Part shown: one piece after another, positions 11,890-25,881 of the stretch
Position numbering within the stretch: the first letter of the stretch is position 1
How the letters are laid out: every line of letters starts with the position of its first letter
Source of the DNA: Octopus vulgaris
Taxonomy: Eukaryota
Reading direction: 5' to 3'
DNA length: 64,000 nt
Assembly (NCBI GenBank): GCA_951406725.2
Contig: OX597820.1
Location: 126,356,001 to 126,420,000 of the forward strand
The notes under the pieces: generated by a model
The model's database searches: none
What the model was told of the DNA's origin: nothing
The model's input: the letters and a program-made list of their open reading frames with translations, nothing else
Translations under genes and position numbers: made by a program

Positions 11890-12770
11890 ACATAAATAAT
11901 AACAACAACAGCAACAACAACCGTCACCACTACCATCCTCTGCCCCCAAATTCTGAGTTCAATCCACAGTAGTTCACCACCACAACCAACCCCACCACCA
12001 CTACTATTGGAACTTTAGCATCGTCATCGCCACACCATCGCCACCACCACCACCACTACCGCCATCGTCGTCGTTGTCATCATTATCATCATCGTCATAA
12101 TCGTTCCCAGAGTCATCACCGCGGCCACCACCAGCATCACCACCACCAATACCGCCACCACCACCAATACCACCACCACCAACAACACCTCCACTGTCAC
12201 CACCACCACCAACACCGCTACCACAACTGTAACAACAACACTACCACCACCAACAACAACAACAACAACCGCAACGACAACACTACCACCATCACCACTA
12301 GCACAGCAACACATTTAAGCAGTTCCATCACCGCCACCAATACCGCCACCTCCACCAACCACCACCACCAACAACAACAACAGCACTACCACCGCCACCA
12401 GTACATTTATTATCTAACTCTCCATCTCGCAACTCCGCCGCCATCATTATCAGTTCCAACTCCGACTCCCCTCAGCCTCCTCATTGTTGTTCGAGATATT
12501 GAAATAGTATCAAGCAGTGCCTGTATTCTCACACGTGTTACGTGTAGGAGAGTAGGACATCAGCATCACCACCACCACCACCACCACCACCACCACCACC
12601 CACACCAACAGCAACAACAACAACAACATCCGTTATATTTTACTAGTATTAGTATAGCAGCGGTGGTTGTGGTTGTGGTGCTGGTGGTGCTGGTGGTGGC
12701 GGTGGTGGCGGTGGTGGTGGTACTGGTGCTGGTGTGCTGCTAGTGTTGGTGGTGGTTTTGGGGGCGATGA
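11890..12770. repeat. Degenerate (CAC)n/(CAA)n/(GGT)n low-complexity region
   Basis: Read directly. Confidence 0.85.
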
Positions 12771-12863
12771 CGGCGATAAAAGTGCGGCTGACGAACGTTA
12801 AATTTAGCGCAGTTACTTAATCTTCTTTTTCTAAAAGTATTTCGACTCGACTTTATTACCTTT

Positions 12864-12910
12864 CTACTCTGAGATGAAAAACCCCACAATTCGTTTACCA
12901 ATATCAAATG
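12864..12910 (-). CDS. Candidate last exon xFDIGKRIVGFFISE* (or 51-nt cassette 12860-12910)
   Basis: ctgactgaagttttag|CA; AATAAA at 12852-12857, overlapping a possible AAG|GTAATA donor. Confidence 0.3.
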
Positions 12911-13217
12911 CTAAAACTTCAGTCAGGAAGATTCATGCGTGATTGTGAAAGACATTCGTGTCCAAAGCCATATAATAATGTCTTATGGCGTAGTCCAAAC
13001 TAATAATAAATAAATAAATGAGGATATTGTGTAATATATCTTGTAAATGAAGATATATGTACGCTATAGATAACTTTACGGTTATTCATTAAAGACCTTA
13101 GGTGTGAAGATTGACATGGTGTAAAGACATCTTGTCTTTTTAAGTAAGCAGAAAAACAATTTGGCGTCTTCTTACAGGTCTGTACCGGGATAACTGTACC
13201 TCATTACAGAAGGACCT

Positions 13218-13249
13218 TTATTCTTTGGTCCACTCGAAGTACTTTGAAT
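13218..13249 (-). CDS. Candidate last exon [10 protein letters not shown]
   Basis: tatatctatatccag|AT; the stop overlaps AATAAA. Confidence 0.25.
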
Positions 13250-13272
13250 CTGGATATAGATATACATGCATA

Positions 13273-13355
<83 letters not shown>

Positions 13356-13418
13356 AAACACACAAACAAACATGCAAACCAGGACAGCTGCTAATGTTAT
13401 ACTCCGAAATGATATTGG

Positions 13419-13419
13419 T

Positions 13420-13505
<86 letters not shown>

Positions 13506-13527
13506 GGATGGATGGATAGATAGATAC

Positions 13528-13608
<81 letters not shown>

Positions 13609-13613
13609 CAGAC

Positions 13614-13687
<74 letters not shown>

Positions 13688-13719
13688 GTAGGTAGGTAGA
13701 TAGATAGACAGACAGACAG

Positions 13720-13797
<78 letters not shown>

Positions 13798-13819
13798 GTA
13801 GGTAGATAGATAGACAGAC

Positions 13820-13889
<70 letters not shown>

Positions 13890-13960
13890 GTAGACAGACA
13901 GACAGACAAACAGGCAGACAGATAGATAGAGAGAGAGATAGACAGACAGACAGATAAACA
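13419..13960. repeat. (GATA)n/(GACA)n compound microsatellite
   Basis: Read directly; similar tracts at 14280, 19550-19983, 24930-25275, 37720, 56920, 62080-62523 and 63810-64000. Confidence 0.95.
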
Positions 13961-14279
13961 TATGTCTTTTACCTTGTAGTTGTTTCCTTCGTTAGACTGC
14001 GACCGTGTTGAGGCACCGATTTTAATGGTTTAGTCGAGCCATTCGAACGCAGTACTTATTTTATTCAGTCTGGAATTTATTCTATCGGTCCACCCGTTAT
14101 GTTACGGGAGGATAAACAAACCATCAACGGACGTCAAGCGTTGTTGGTAATGGATGTCACAGGTCTTGTCTACCGAATTCACTTATAAAGTATAGTTTGG
14201 TCCTGAGCAGAGAGGAGTTTATGGATGATTTTAGCTCATTATCGCTCCATAGGTACAAAAATAGACCGATCGATCTATT

Positions 14280-14373
<94 letters not shown>

Positions 14374-14439
14374 AGACAATATTTACATTCTCAAGTAGTT
14401 TTCTTTCTTTGAAGACTAATTTATACCCTCGTAGTTCAA

Positions 14440-15440
14440 TTTGCATCGATTTTACTCTTTTGAAGTAGATCAGGCCTATATCGTACACTGATACTGTATG
14501 AATTCATAAGAGCTCATCAGCAATGGAAACGGCAAGAGACATTTATTCTGTCTATGGAAATGAAGATATCTTGATCAGTTTCTTCTGATTTTTTTTCCTC
14601 TCCCAAATTACTCTCGCTCAGTACAATCAAGTTATCTCAATATTGAGATTCTGAAAACCGTAGTTATAAAAATCGGAAGCAAACAGCAGGATAATTAGCA
14701 AAACAGTTCTATTCAAATCCCTTATCAATCATAAAACACCTTCATGAACGAGGAAAAGTATCAACGTAATCTTTGTCGATGAGTCCTTTCCGCATTAGAC
14801 TTCTTCTCAGCTTTGATCGAAGTCATTAAAGGATAGACTTACTACTAAATTTTCCTAAGTAGAAACATCACGAGTAACGATTTATAGATTTTCTATAGCC
14901 TTGTCCAACAAAAATGTCAATAGTTAGCACCAAATGAAAAAATAGAATCCATCTTCAAAACAAGGCTGCGCCCTCACAAAAGTCATGCTTTGTGTTTGGT
15001 GGGATATGAAGGGCATCGCGTATCACGAGAGCGGAGAGTACTGTTGCCAATTGCAAGCATTGCACAAAAATGGGCCGAAAATGTACCATCATTGATCAAT
15101 TACAAAGGGGTGTTGTCTTTACACAATAGAGCAAGACCAAATATTGCCCAAATTACTCAGGAACAGATTATCGCACTAGGTATTGGAATTGTACCTTATT
15201 CTCCTTATTCTCCCGACCTAGCACCATCTGACTATCATCTTTTCAAATCATTGCGGCCTTATTTATAAGGAAACAGTATATAAATTTAAGGAGGGGTTAA
15301 AAATGATATTGTTTCTTTGCTTCGAATCTTGAAGAACTTTAAAGCCAGAAACAGATAACATTATGTTGTCAATAATGAAAAGAAATGTTATCTTGATTAA
15401 CCAGATCAATTAAGGACGAAGAAGCATGTTTCTTTCCTAT
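14440..15440 (+). mobile_element. Degenerate mariner transposon
   Basis: LHNRARP..AQITQEQI..LGI..VPYSPYSPDLAPSDYHLFKSL, a mariner catalytic-domain motif; many disablements. Confidence 0.85.
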
Positions 15441-15769
15441 TTTGAAATGCGACAGAAGTTTCTTTCCAAACTAACATATAGTAATGAGTATGTAACAGAA
15501 AGGTAAAAAGTAATAGCATTATAATATATGTGCACGTGTGTTAGCATGTGTGTGTTTGCGCGCTCGTGTGTGTGGGAGTACATGAATACATACATACATA
15601 AATACATCCATACATGCGTACATAAATACATACAGACATAGCTAGCGTAAAGTATTACAAAATATGTGGGTTTTTTATATGAGTATAATTTATTATTGCC
15701 GTTTATTTATATGGTATATTTTTTTTTTATCATGGCTTCAGTTAATTTCCAGTTTGCTCCAGAACACTC

Positions 15770-15834
15770 TCAGTTAATAAACACCACCAATAGACTAATT
15801 AATATGTGCTTCGTAGTATTCGTGTGTCTAGTTA
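15770..15834 (-). CDS. Candidate last exon: [21 protein letters not shown]
   Basis: tacttatttag|TA; phases 0 and 2 stop immediately; AATAAA near 15702. Confidence 0.3.
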
Positions 15835-15890
15835 CTAAATAAGTATCTGTTTCTGTATACGTGTGTGTGTCTGTGTCTCTCTCGCTCTCG

Positions 15891-15947
<57 letters not shown>

Positions 15948-15984
15948 CATACATACAGAGAAAAAGAAAGAGACATACATATAT

Positions 15985-16054
<70 letters not shown>

Positions 16055-16060
16055 GTATAA

Positions 16061-16147
<87 letters not shown>

Positions 16148-16219
16148 GCCACTTAAGCACTAAACATCTTTGCTAAAACTCGTCCTCTTTTTGTCCTTTT
16201 ACTGTACTCAATTCCTAAT

Positions 16220-16577
16220 ATATACATACATACAATACATACATACATACATACATACATACATACATACATACATACATACATACATACACATATATAC
16301 ATACATGGATATACATACGAACACACACACACATACATACATACATACAAACATACATACATACATACATACATTCATACATACATACACATACATACAT
16401 ACATACAAACATACATACATACATACATACATACATTCATACATACATACACACACATACATACATATATACATACATACATACATACATACATGCATAC
16501 TCATACATACATATATACATACATACATACATACATACATGCATACTCATACATACATACATACATACATACATACA

Positions 16578-16611
<34 letters not shown>

Positions 16612-16640
16612 CATACATACATACTCATACATACATACAT
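16220..16640. repeat. (CATA)n microsatellite
   Basis: Read directly; others at 3170, 36840-37340, 47500, 49890 and 53750. Confidence 0.95.
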
Positions 16641-17092
16641 ATATTATATAATTCATTTTATTGGAGTTGAAAAGACCTCACAGAATGATGTTCGGTGTTT
16701 CAAGTGACAGATCGTCAGACAGCCGGGAGTGTTTAAATCAATCCTGTAGTTTATAAGTATTTATAAACGGTGCAGCAAATTTTATTTTTGTAATATTAAC
16801 TCATCGAATAATCATTTATAGCTGATTGGATAATGGCATTATCACTATTTAGAATAACAGGAATCTGTGTGTGTATATATATATGTGCGTATTGGTGGCG
16901 GTGGGGATTACATATGTGTATATGTGTGTTGCTACATACACATATATATATATAAACATATTCATGCGTGCTTATGTGCGAGAGGAGATGTAGGAAGGTA
17001 AGTAGAGCGATACATGGGTAGGTTATCAGGTAAGGTAGCTTGGGGATAAAATTACCTGTGTAACATGAACCTTGATTCAGTATCACATTACT

Positions 17093-17124
<32 letters not shown>

Positions 17125-18659
17125 ACACTATCAATACCATCAACACCAACACCGGCAGCTAGCTCCATGCATCACATGACCAGTAACCAACCATTGATTG
17201 GCATAATTACTTTTACGGTAAATTGCATTTCACTCCCCCTCAGTGCTTCTCGATTGCTTCTCTATTTGCGTATGTTTGGGTACGTGTGTAAATGAATGTG
17301 TGTGTGTGTGTGTGTGTGCTTGCATGTGTGTCTGTGTGTGCGTATGTCCACGCGCATGTCTGTGTGTGTATGTGAGTGTGTGTGCATGAGTGTATGTGTG
17401 AGTGCTCGTGTGTGCTCGTATATGCTTGTGTGTGCTCGTATGTGCTCATGTGCGTATGTGCGCGCGCACGTGAGTGTGTGAGAGAGAGAGTGTGCGTGTA
17501 AGTGGGGGGGGCATTATGTTAGTGCGTGCTTATTTGTGCGCGCGTACGTGTGTGTCTGTGCGTGAGTGTACGCACGCATGTATGCTTGTGACTGTGTGTG
17601 TATGTGTGTGTGAGTATGTATGCTAGTGCGTGCGTATGTGCTCGTGCGCATGTGTCTGTGTGTCTGTGTGTGTGTTTGTATGTGTGTGTGAGTGTGTATG
17701 TGTGTGTATGTGTGTGTTTGTATGTGAGTGTGTGTGTGAGTGTGTATGTGTGTGAGTGTATGTGTATGTGTGCGTGATATGTATGCTAGTGCGTGCGTAT
17801 GTGCTCGCGCGCATATGTGTGTGTCTGTGTGTGTGTTTGTATGTGTGTGTGAGTGTGTATGTGTGTGAGTGTATGTGAGTGTGTTGTGAGTGTGTTTGTG
17901 TATGTGTGTTTATGTCTGTGTTTGTGTATGTGTGCGCATGTTTACGTATATGGGCGCGCGCATGTGTGTGTGTGTGTGTGCTTTGATCTTTTCGTCACTT
18001 CTTCTCTTGATGCTGAGCCTTTTTCTGCCCCTGCCCTCCCCATCGTGTTTGCTTACTCTTCTACGTCTTCATCCTTTTTTATCATTTTCCTTCCATTAAT
18101 ATCTGTATTTTCTGTTGAAGTGGTGGAGGTGTGGTGGCGATGGTGGTGGAGCTGTGCTGATGGCGACGGTGGTGGCGATGGTGGGGGAGGTGTGGTGGCG
18201 ATGGTGATGGCGATTGTGGTAGTGATGGTGGTGGTAGTTGTGGTTATGATAATGATGCTAGTGCTATTACTGTTATTGTTGATAGGGTCGTTTTGAAGTT
18301 GCTGTTGTAGTTGTTGCTGCTACTGCTGCTGCTGCTGATGCTTGTGGTGTTGGTGGTGGTTGTGGTGGTAGTCGTCGTCATCGTAGACGTTATCATTGTT
18401 ATGAAAGTTGTTGGTAGCTCTCAGCATGCATCAGCTGACTAAAGAACGCAACAGCTATTGCGTGAAGGCACGAGTACCAGGTAATCAGAATGCTCTTGAA
18501 TCTGTGGAATTCCTTGACTAGCCCGAAGTACCTGTTCCCTTAATGAAACCTCTCATTCCATCTCTTATTATTACTGTTATTTTCCATACCTGTTTTCTAT
18601 TTACTCCAACAATCGATTTTCTATAACCACCCTTGTATTTTTGTAATTTCTTACTCCAT

Positions 18660-19547
18660 CACCCTCGAAGCAAACAGGTGAAAAAGGCTGTGTGGTAGAC
18701 GAAGCTGAAGGGATTGAGGATGGTCACCTCCCGTTTCGATCAAGCCCTCATTGACTTTTCCTTTGTTCCACTTGGAAAGGAAAGTGGGAGTGGACAGGGA
18801 AGTGCTCCGCCCCAGAGAACTTGTCCAAAAAGAGGTTTGATAGTGATGAAAACAGGGTTGGGTGAATGGACTTAGTCTAAACAGATAGATCAGTCTATAT
18901 GAGCGAGAGAAGATTTAGGAAGGTAAGTAGAGCGATCTAACTACAGTATTCTTCTAGATACACTTGGCTGTCTGATGAGCTGTTACTTGAAACACTGAGT
19001 ATCAGTCCGTGAAGTCCTTTCAGCTTCAATAAAATAAATTACGCTGATGGCTATGGCGAAAGAATGTGTGTGGTGGACGCGTTTGAAAGGACTGCAAACA
19101 AACATCTTCCTCTCTGGTCAGTCTCTCGTCAACTTTTTCAAGTACCACTTGAAAAGGATGATGAAAATAGAGAGGAAGGCTTTGTCGAACGAATGTTTTA
19201 ATAAAAAGTGGGTAAAAGTGGCAAAAATGGTCAGTATGAAAGACGACACCATAAATATGTAACCAAAAGAGACAACGAGAGGTATGGTGACTTACTCATG
19301 TATTCATTTTCGAACTGTCTGAGGTGACCTTGGTCTTTTTTGTAGGTTTTTCTTTCCAAGGCTACACCTAAACTGTGAACTTTATATATATTGCTTTTTT
19401 ATACACCACACAACCCACAGATCCCTATTGATCGAATGTTTTTTCTTTGTGTGTCCCGACCATCCCACCTCGAAAAGAAAAAACTCTACATTGTATTTCG
19501 TCCATTTTTCTTCTGTGTTTAGCCCTGTGTGGCTACAATAAAAAGTT
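18660..19547 (+). mobile_element. Tx1/L1-clade LINE 3' fragments (two pieces)
   Basis: MAKECVWWTRLKGL...FFKYHLKRMMKIERKAL..F.KKWVKVAKM is homologous to 32200-32450; 3' end abuts (TCTA)n. Confidence 0.75.
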
Positions 19548-19552
19548 ATCTG

Positions 19553-19675
<123 letters not shown>

Positions 19676-19787
19676 GTCTGTCTGTCTGTCTATCTCTCAA
19701 CCTAACTGGCTATCTATCTACCTATCTGTCTGTCTATCTGTTTATCTAGCTAGCTAGCTATAGATAGATAGAGAGAGAGAGAGATAG

Positions 19788-19862
<75 letters not shown>

Positions 19863-19883
19863 CAAACAGACAAACAGACAAAC

Positions 19884-19984
<101 letters not shown>

Positions 19985-20074
19985 TTCACAGCCGTCATTC
20001 ACAAGCTTAACAAGTACCATGCTTTCGTTAATTGCTGTAGGTTCTTCGGTTGTCACAAACAAACATAGACACTT

Positions 20075-20097
20075 TCAGTACGTCCAACCTTGACTCA
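20075..20097 (-). CDS. Candidate last exon (phase 1 xSQGWTY*; phase 2 gives 22 aa)
   Basis: Long polypyrimidine tract ccttctcttcctttacctgttacaccttgaatgtttcag|TG. Confidence 0.35.
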
Positions 20098-20273
20098 CTG
20101 AAACATTCAAGGTGTAACAGGTAAAGGAAGAGAAGGTGACATTGTCCCTCAGCTGAGTAGTCTAATAATTCCTCATAATTCTGACGGCAGCGTGTATATT
20201 TCTGCATATGATAATATTATTATACAACCATTATTAATTTATCACACAATCTATTTTAAAGCATTGAAACTAT

Positions 20274-20302
20274 TTATTTCCAGTTAAAGAAATACCTCAG
20301 GT
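20274..20302 (-). CDS. Candidate last exon xLRYFFNWK*
   Basis: ttaaccctttcag|AC; the stop overlaps AATAAA. Confidence 0.3.
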
Positions 20303-20449
20303 CTGAAAGGGTTAATTAATAAACTAAAATAAATATAAATTTCCATTAGAAGTATAAATTAACAATTTCTAAAACAAACTAATTACTCATTAAAACAGTC
20401 CAAACAGAGAGAACCAGCGATGTTCTGCGTCAGCAAAAATAATCTTTAT

Positions 20450-20604
20450 TTAAATTGAATAGAAGGATGTGGCAGCAATTCTTTTGTTCCAAGGTTTCGC
20501 GACGGATGGTTTCAGCTCGCTTTGTGTTTTGTTCATCTTCACTTCGACAATGGTGTTATTTCCTTTCACTTTCGTCTCTTTCTCAATGATTTCCTGACAA
20601 AAAT
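20450..20604 (-). CDS. Candidate last exon: xFCQEIIEKETKVKGNNTIVEVKMNKTQSELKPSVAKPWNKRIAATSFYSI*
   Basis: aatttttgtttag|AT; 51 codons of protein-like composition; AATAAA at 20445-20450; an alternative AG at 20594 would make it phase 0. Confidence 0.55.
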
Positions 20605-20877
20605 CTAAACAAAAATTTTAATAACGTTGATTGTTATATCTCTTAAATAAAAATTTTGAAAAAAGTGTTGGTTATAAATAGTAAGAGTTTTGCGATTATC
20701 ATTGCTTCGAGCGATAAAAATCACACAACAAATTTCAGATTCATATGATATAATGCTTGCAGGAAATAGATTTTGCTGGCGGGCGTAAGAATCTAAAGGA
20801 TTGCAAAGTCTTGGCAGATATACACTCGTGTGTATGTGTGTATGTATGTATGTATATATTTATAGACATGTATATTT

Positions 20878-21035
20878 ATATGGCTGTGGGGTAAGAAGAT
20901 TGTTTCCCGACCACATCATTCCGGTTTCAATCCCACTACGTGGCATCTTGGGCAGGTGTCTTCTACGGTAGCCTCGGGTCGACCAAAGCCGTGTGAGTAG
21001 ATTTGATAGACAGAAACTGAAAGAAACACGTCATA

Positions 21036-21084
<49 letters not shown>

Positions 21085-21226
21085 GTGTGTGAGTAACTGT
21101 GTGATAGGAAGTTTGCTTTCCAGCCACATGCTTCCGGCTTCAATTGCCAAATACCATCGGGCCGACCGAAGCTTTGTGAATGGTTTAGGCAGAAGGAAGG
21201 TGATAGAATTCTGTGGTATGTGTGCC

Positions 21227-21295
<69 letters not shown>

Positions 21296-21470
21296 GTGTG
21301 CGTGCGTATGTGTTTGTATCTGTGCTTATCATTCACTACCGCTTGTCAACCGATATTAGTGTGTTTACGTCCCATTAAACTACCGGTTTGACAAAACTGA
21401 CCGATAGAAGAAGTACCAGGCTTAAAGAAAAGAAATAAGTACCGGAATCGCTTCGTTCAACTAAAATTCC
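20878..21470 (+). mobile_element. Tandem family A SINE copies
   Basis: Heads at ~20880 and ~21095; tail to ~21470. Confidence 0.75.
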
Positions 21471-21479
21471 TTTAAATTT

Positions 21480-21519
<40 letters not shown>

Positions 21520-21528
21520 TCACACGAG

Positions 21529-21578
<50 letters not shown>

Positions 21579-21858
21579 TAGATAGATAGATATAGATATA
21601 GATATATATATATATGTACACATGGTTATATGTCAAAGGCGTTATAATTTAATTCCCTATTTCACGACACACACACACACGTGTTTGTGAATGTATATGT
21701 ATATGGCTGTAATATGGAGTCTTCGAAAATGTAGACATGATACATGCAGAGGGTGACAAATCCTTAAAAGATGTTCACGGAGAGTTTAAGGCTCATCGGC
21801 TGCCCTCAGCCTGGATACGGCGCTGCACATCATCATTGTAGTCGTCGTCGATGCATCA

Positions 21859-21893
21859 TCAGCCATCATCAGCATCATGGCAGACGAACTGTT
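21859..21893 (-). CDS. Candidate last exon (phase 1 xQFVCHDADDG*; phase 0 gives 35 aa)
   Basis: Strong acceptor ctttttgttttgggtctcgcctatttcttttcag|AA. Confidence 0.4.
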
Positions 21894-22139
21894 CTGAAAA
21901 GAAATAGGCGAGACCCAAAACAAAAAGCTGCCCTCCTTTCCTGACGCCACAGCCCTCGACAATGTAGAGAGTTATTCGTTTGTTCGTACAAACATCATCA
22001 TCATCATCATCATCATCATCGTCGTCGTCGTCATCATCATCATCATCATCATCATCATTATCTCCATCATCACTGAAGATATGCAAGAGGGATGGACAAA
22101 ATAGTTAATCCAATATTATCAGCATCATCTTTGGGCTTT

Positions 22140-23045
22140 CTAAATATTCTTATTCAAATCTAACGATACATGTAGGAAACTGACCATAGACACCAACCTA
22201 ACTGTTGCCAATTTTCTAGATTATCTTTAGATTTAAATAAGAATATTTAGCTATATTAATGTAGGTTCCTGCCATCTCTCCATAGTGTTTAAGAATTTAG
22301 TTTAAAATGTTCGCAACAGAATTTCTAGCCTCTCCTCCGATATAAACCTTTTTAATAGTGTTGCCCCAATATATAATAAATCTCTAAAAGATAGTGGCTT
22401 TAGAGAGGAAATAACCTATACACCTGTTATTAGTCCAGAAATAAAGAAAGGGAAAAATAGGAATAGGAAAATTATGTGGTTCACACCACTTTACTCCCCG
22501 CAAGTTACCTTTAATATAGATAGATATTTTTTATCACTTATAGATAGGCAATTTCCAATCAATCATAATTATAGAAAGCTCTTTAATAGGCATGACCTAA
22601 AAATTAGTTTTAGTTCTACTACTAACTTTAAAAATATTATTGAACGCAACACACAAAAACAACAAAATGAAGCCGGCTATTCCTGTAGAGTCAAAAATCT
22701 GTGCCCGCTAAATGGAGTTTGTATGACTGAGGCCATTATTTATGAAGCCACCGTAGACTCTACAACCACTAAGGACATAGTTTCGTCAAAGAAATATATA
22801 GGTCTCACAAAGGGAAATTTTAAAGCCAGGTTCAATAATCACACCTTAGGCTTCAGACACTGGGATAAAAGGAAAAACAACCAAATTATACAGTTATATA
22901 TGGTCCTTAAAAGAAAAAGATGTCAGCTATAAGATTCACTGGAAGATCTTGGCCAAGTGTAAGCCTTACACCAACGGCAATGGAAAGTGCGGTCTTTACG
23001 ATATGGAAAGGTGCATCTGGAAAAGTTCTTTAGACCCTGCTACAC
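22140..23045 (+). mobile_element. Penelope-like element: RT C-terminus and GIY-YIG endonuclease, disrupted
   Basis: WFTPLYS...CRVKNLCPLNGVC..AIIYEATV...KYIGLT..FKARFNNH; frameshifted. Confidence 0.9.
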
Positions 23046-23175
23046 GTATATACGTCTATACGCGCATATATGTGCATGTACGTATAGAGATGTGTATATC
23101 GACATAATGATGCGTGCATGGGTATATATACGTGTGTATGTGCGTGTATGCGTGTATGTTTACATATGTATAGAC

Positions 23176-23260
<85 letters not shown>

Positions 23261-23699
23261 TATGTATATGTACACGCGTGTGTATGTATACAGTTGCGGC
23301 CAAAATGTTCAGAACGGCATTGTTTTCGTCAGAAAAGTAGATATAATTTTTTATCAAAGTTGTTTTATATTCTATAATTTTCACAGACAATAAATACAAT
23401 ATTAATTGTTATTGTCTCAGATTTTGGTGTAATTTGAGAGAATAATACAAAAGTTATGGATGATTTAGTGATTTACTGCAAAACCCATGGCGGCCAAAAT
23501 GGTCACTGAGGGAATGCCTTTTAATCAGAGGTATGATTGATCAGATCTGACTTAAACAACAATAGCAACGACGATGTCATGAATGACAACAACGACTAAC
23601 AATCAACAACAACAACAACAACAACAAAAAAAAACCAACAACAACAACAACAATCTATTATCATAATCCAGCGAATGGACTTCAAATTTGTCGCTCGAT

Positions 23700-24135
23700 T
23701 TGTTGTTAGAAATAGTAACCAAATTCGCCAATTACTACATATTACTGCATCAAATAAGTGAAGGAAGCACCCTGTCCTCAGATCAAGTAGATCGAGATAC
23801 GACATAAACATACAAGTCTGTTGTATCCTTGACACAATTGTACTGAGAGGTCTTTTCTTGCCTCAACATACTATTGTCAGGGATACAGAGTTTCTCCTAG
23901 CACTGGGATATTGAACAAGTGATGGAAATGTTAACCTTCTGTGCAGAAACTACCTACCTCAGAATGGACACTGATATGTATCGACAAGAAGAAGGTTTAG
24001 CTATGGGTTCGCCATTATTAACGATAATAGCCAATATATTCATGAAATACTTTGAGAATTTGGCTTTAGGGTCAACACTGCTAAAACCAACCCTATGGCT
24101 GCGACATGTTTATGACACCTTTATACTTTGGCGAT
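23700..24135 (+). mobile_element. Penelope-like RT core fragment
   Basis: YRQEEGLAMGSPL..IIANIFM.YFE...KPTLWLRHVYDTFILW (degenerate YVDD motif). Confidence 0.85.
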
Positions 24136-24684
24136 CCTGTCTTTTTACGACGTGCAAGGAACCCAGAATCACCATTATCCAGCGTTTGGGTATGAAATGA
24201 AAGAGATTTGGTTGCTATTTCTAAAAAAAGGAACGATACGTAGAGAGACTACTTTGATGGCAGTTTAAAAAAAAAAAACAGACGATAAATTTTTCTCTTC
24301 GCATTTATTTATTTATTCAACAGTGATGTGACGAAGACATTACCATCTACGAGTGTCAGTTATATTAACGATCCTAAGTAATAAAAAATCATTTTACAAG
24401 TGTCATGTGTGCTTTTCTTGACTTCAACCATAAAGACCGAATATGTCCGAATTACACAGACAGCAACTTCCTACGACTGTACGTATGTGTTTTTGATTCG
24501 ATGTATTTATGTACAGAAGTAAATGAGGATAAGTATTTATAAGAGATGTCAACGTAAATAAGTGTGTGTATGTGTGTGTGTGTGTGTATGACCATATTCT
24601 TCTCTCTCTTTCTCCTGCTCCCTTTCTCTCTCTCTCTCCCTCTTTCTCTGCATCTGTGCCCTTGGGAAATTCTAGACCACGTCC

Positions 24685-24755
24685 TTATCTTGCAAGCTCT
24701 TTATCGTCGTAACCATGGGTCAGGGTATTATCAGAGAAATCTGGCCGAGATCTTA
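24685..24755 (-). CDS. Candidate last exon: xRSRPDFSDNTLTHGYDDKELAR*
   Basis: gcctcttttttaaag|TA (AAG acceptor); phase 1 gives 23 codons, phase 0 is an immediate stop. Confidence 0.35.
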
Positions 24756-24952
24756 CTTTAAAAAAGAGGCTTGCATCGGTTCCACACTCGCCATTGTGTG
24801 TGTGTGTGTGTGCGCGCGATCGTGTCGATGTGTGTGAGTGTGTTCGTGTGTGTATGTGTGTGCGCGCGCGTGTGCATACATACAAATATAAACATACATA
24901 TACACAGACAAACAGACAGTGTGACAGGCAGACAGACAGATAGATATATAGA

Positions 24953-24992
<40 letters not shown>

Positions 24993-24997
24993 AAAAT

Positions 24998-25052
<55 letters not shown>

Positions 25053-25064
25053 AGGTAAGAAAGA

Positions 25065-25143
<79 letters not shown>

Positions 25144-25196
25144 GAAGGAAGGAAGGAAGGAAGGAAGAAAGAAAGAAAGGAATAAAGAAAGAAGGT

Positions 25197-25276
<80 letters not shown>

Positions 25277-25850
25277 AAACAATCCAATACTTTAATACTA
25301 CTACTCAAAACCTAATTTCACTTATCAGCCAAGTCGTTGCTGTAATATCGCAAAATTAACTTCCAATATTATATTTATTTATTATTGCTACATAATAATT
25401 TTACCCTTTAACCCAACTTGCAGACATTTTTAGTTATCTAATGTCTATAATAATTTGCTTAATTTCGTCTCTTTTTTTTTTTATTTGAACTCGCCTTCAA
25501 ACACCGAGATCACATAAGTAGGCCACAAATTATGAATTTACGAATTAAGCCCATTTTAACAACTGATAAATAAGGCAATATATAGTTTCATTTATGTCAA
25601 TTTATAGAACAACCGATTATCTATCTCAAATCGTCGTTTAAAAAAAAATAACTGCTTAAATTATTCATTTTCAACCACCGTTTGATCTTCCCTACATTTA
25701 TTCTTCGTCTAACTTCACCTCACTCAAACAGTAAACACATAATACTTTCCTCGCTTTTCTCCTTGTTATTTGGTTGGTCGAGGTTTCTGCTTTTCTCTCT
25801 TTCTCTATCTCTCTCTCCCTCTCTCTCTCTCTCTTTCTCTCTTTCCCCCT

Positions 25851-25876
<26 letters not shown>

Positions 25877-25881
<5 letters not shown>

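Noticed and set aside
24757-24794. ATG-initiated first exon MASVEPMQASFL|gtaaga on the minus strand
   Set aside because: The ATG abuts (CA)n with no promoter evidence; the same bases read equally well as an acceptor. Not fully excluded
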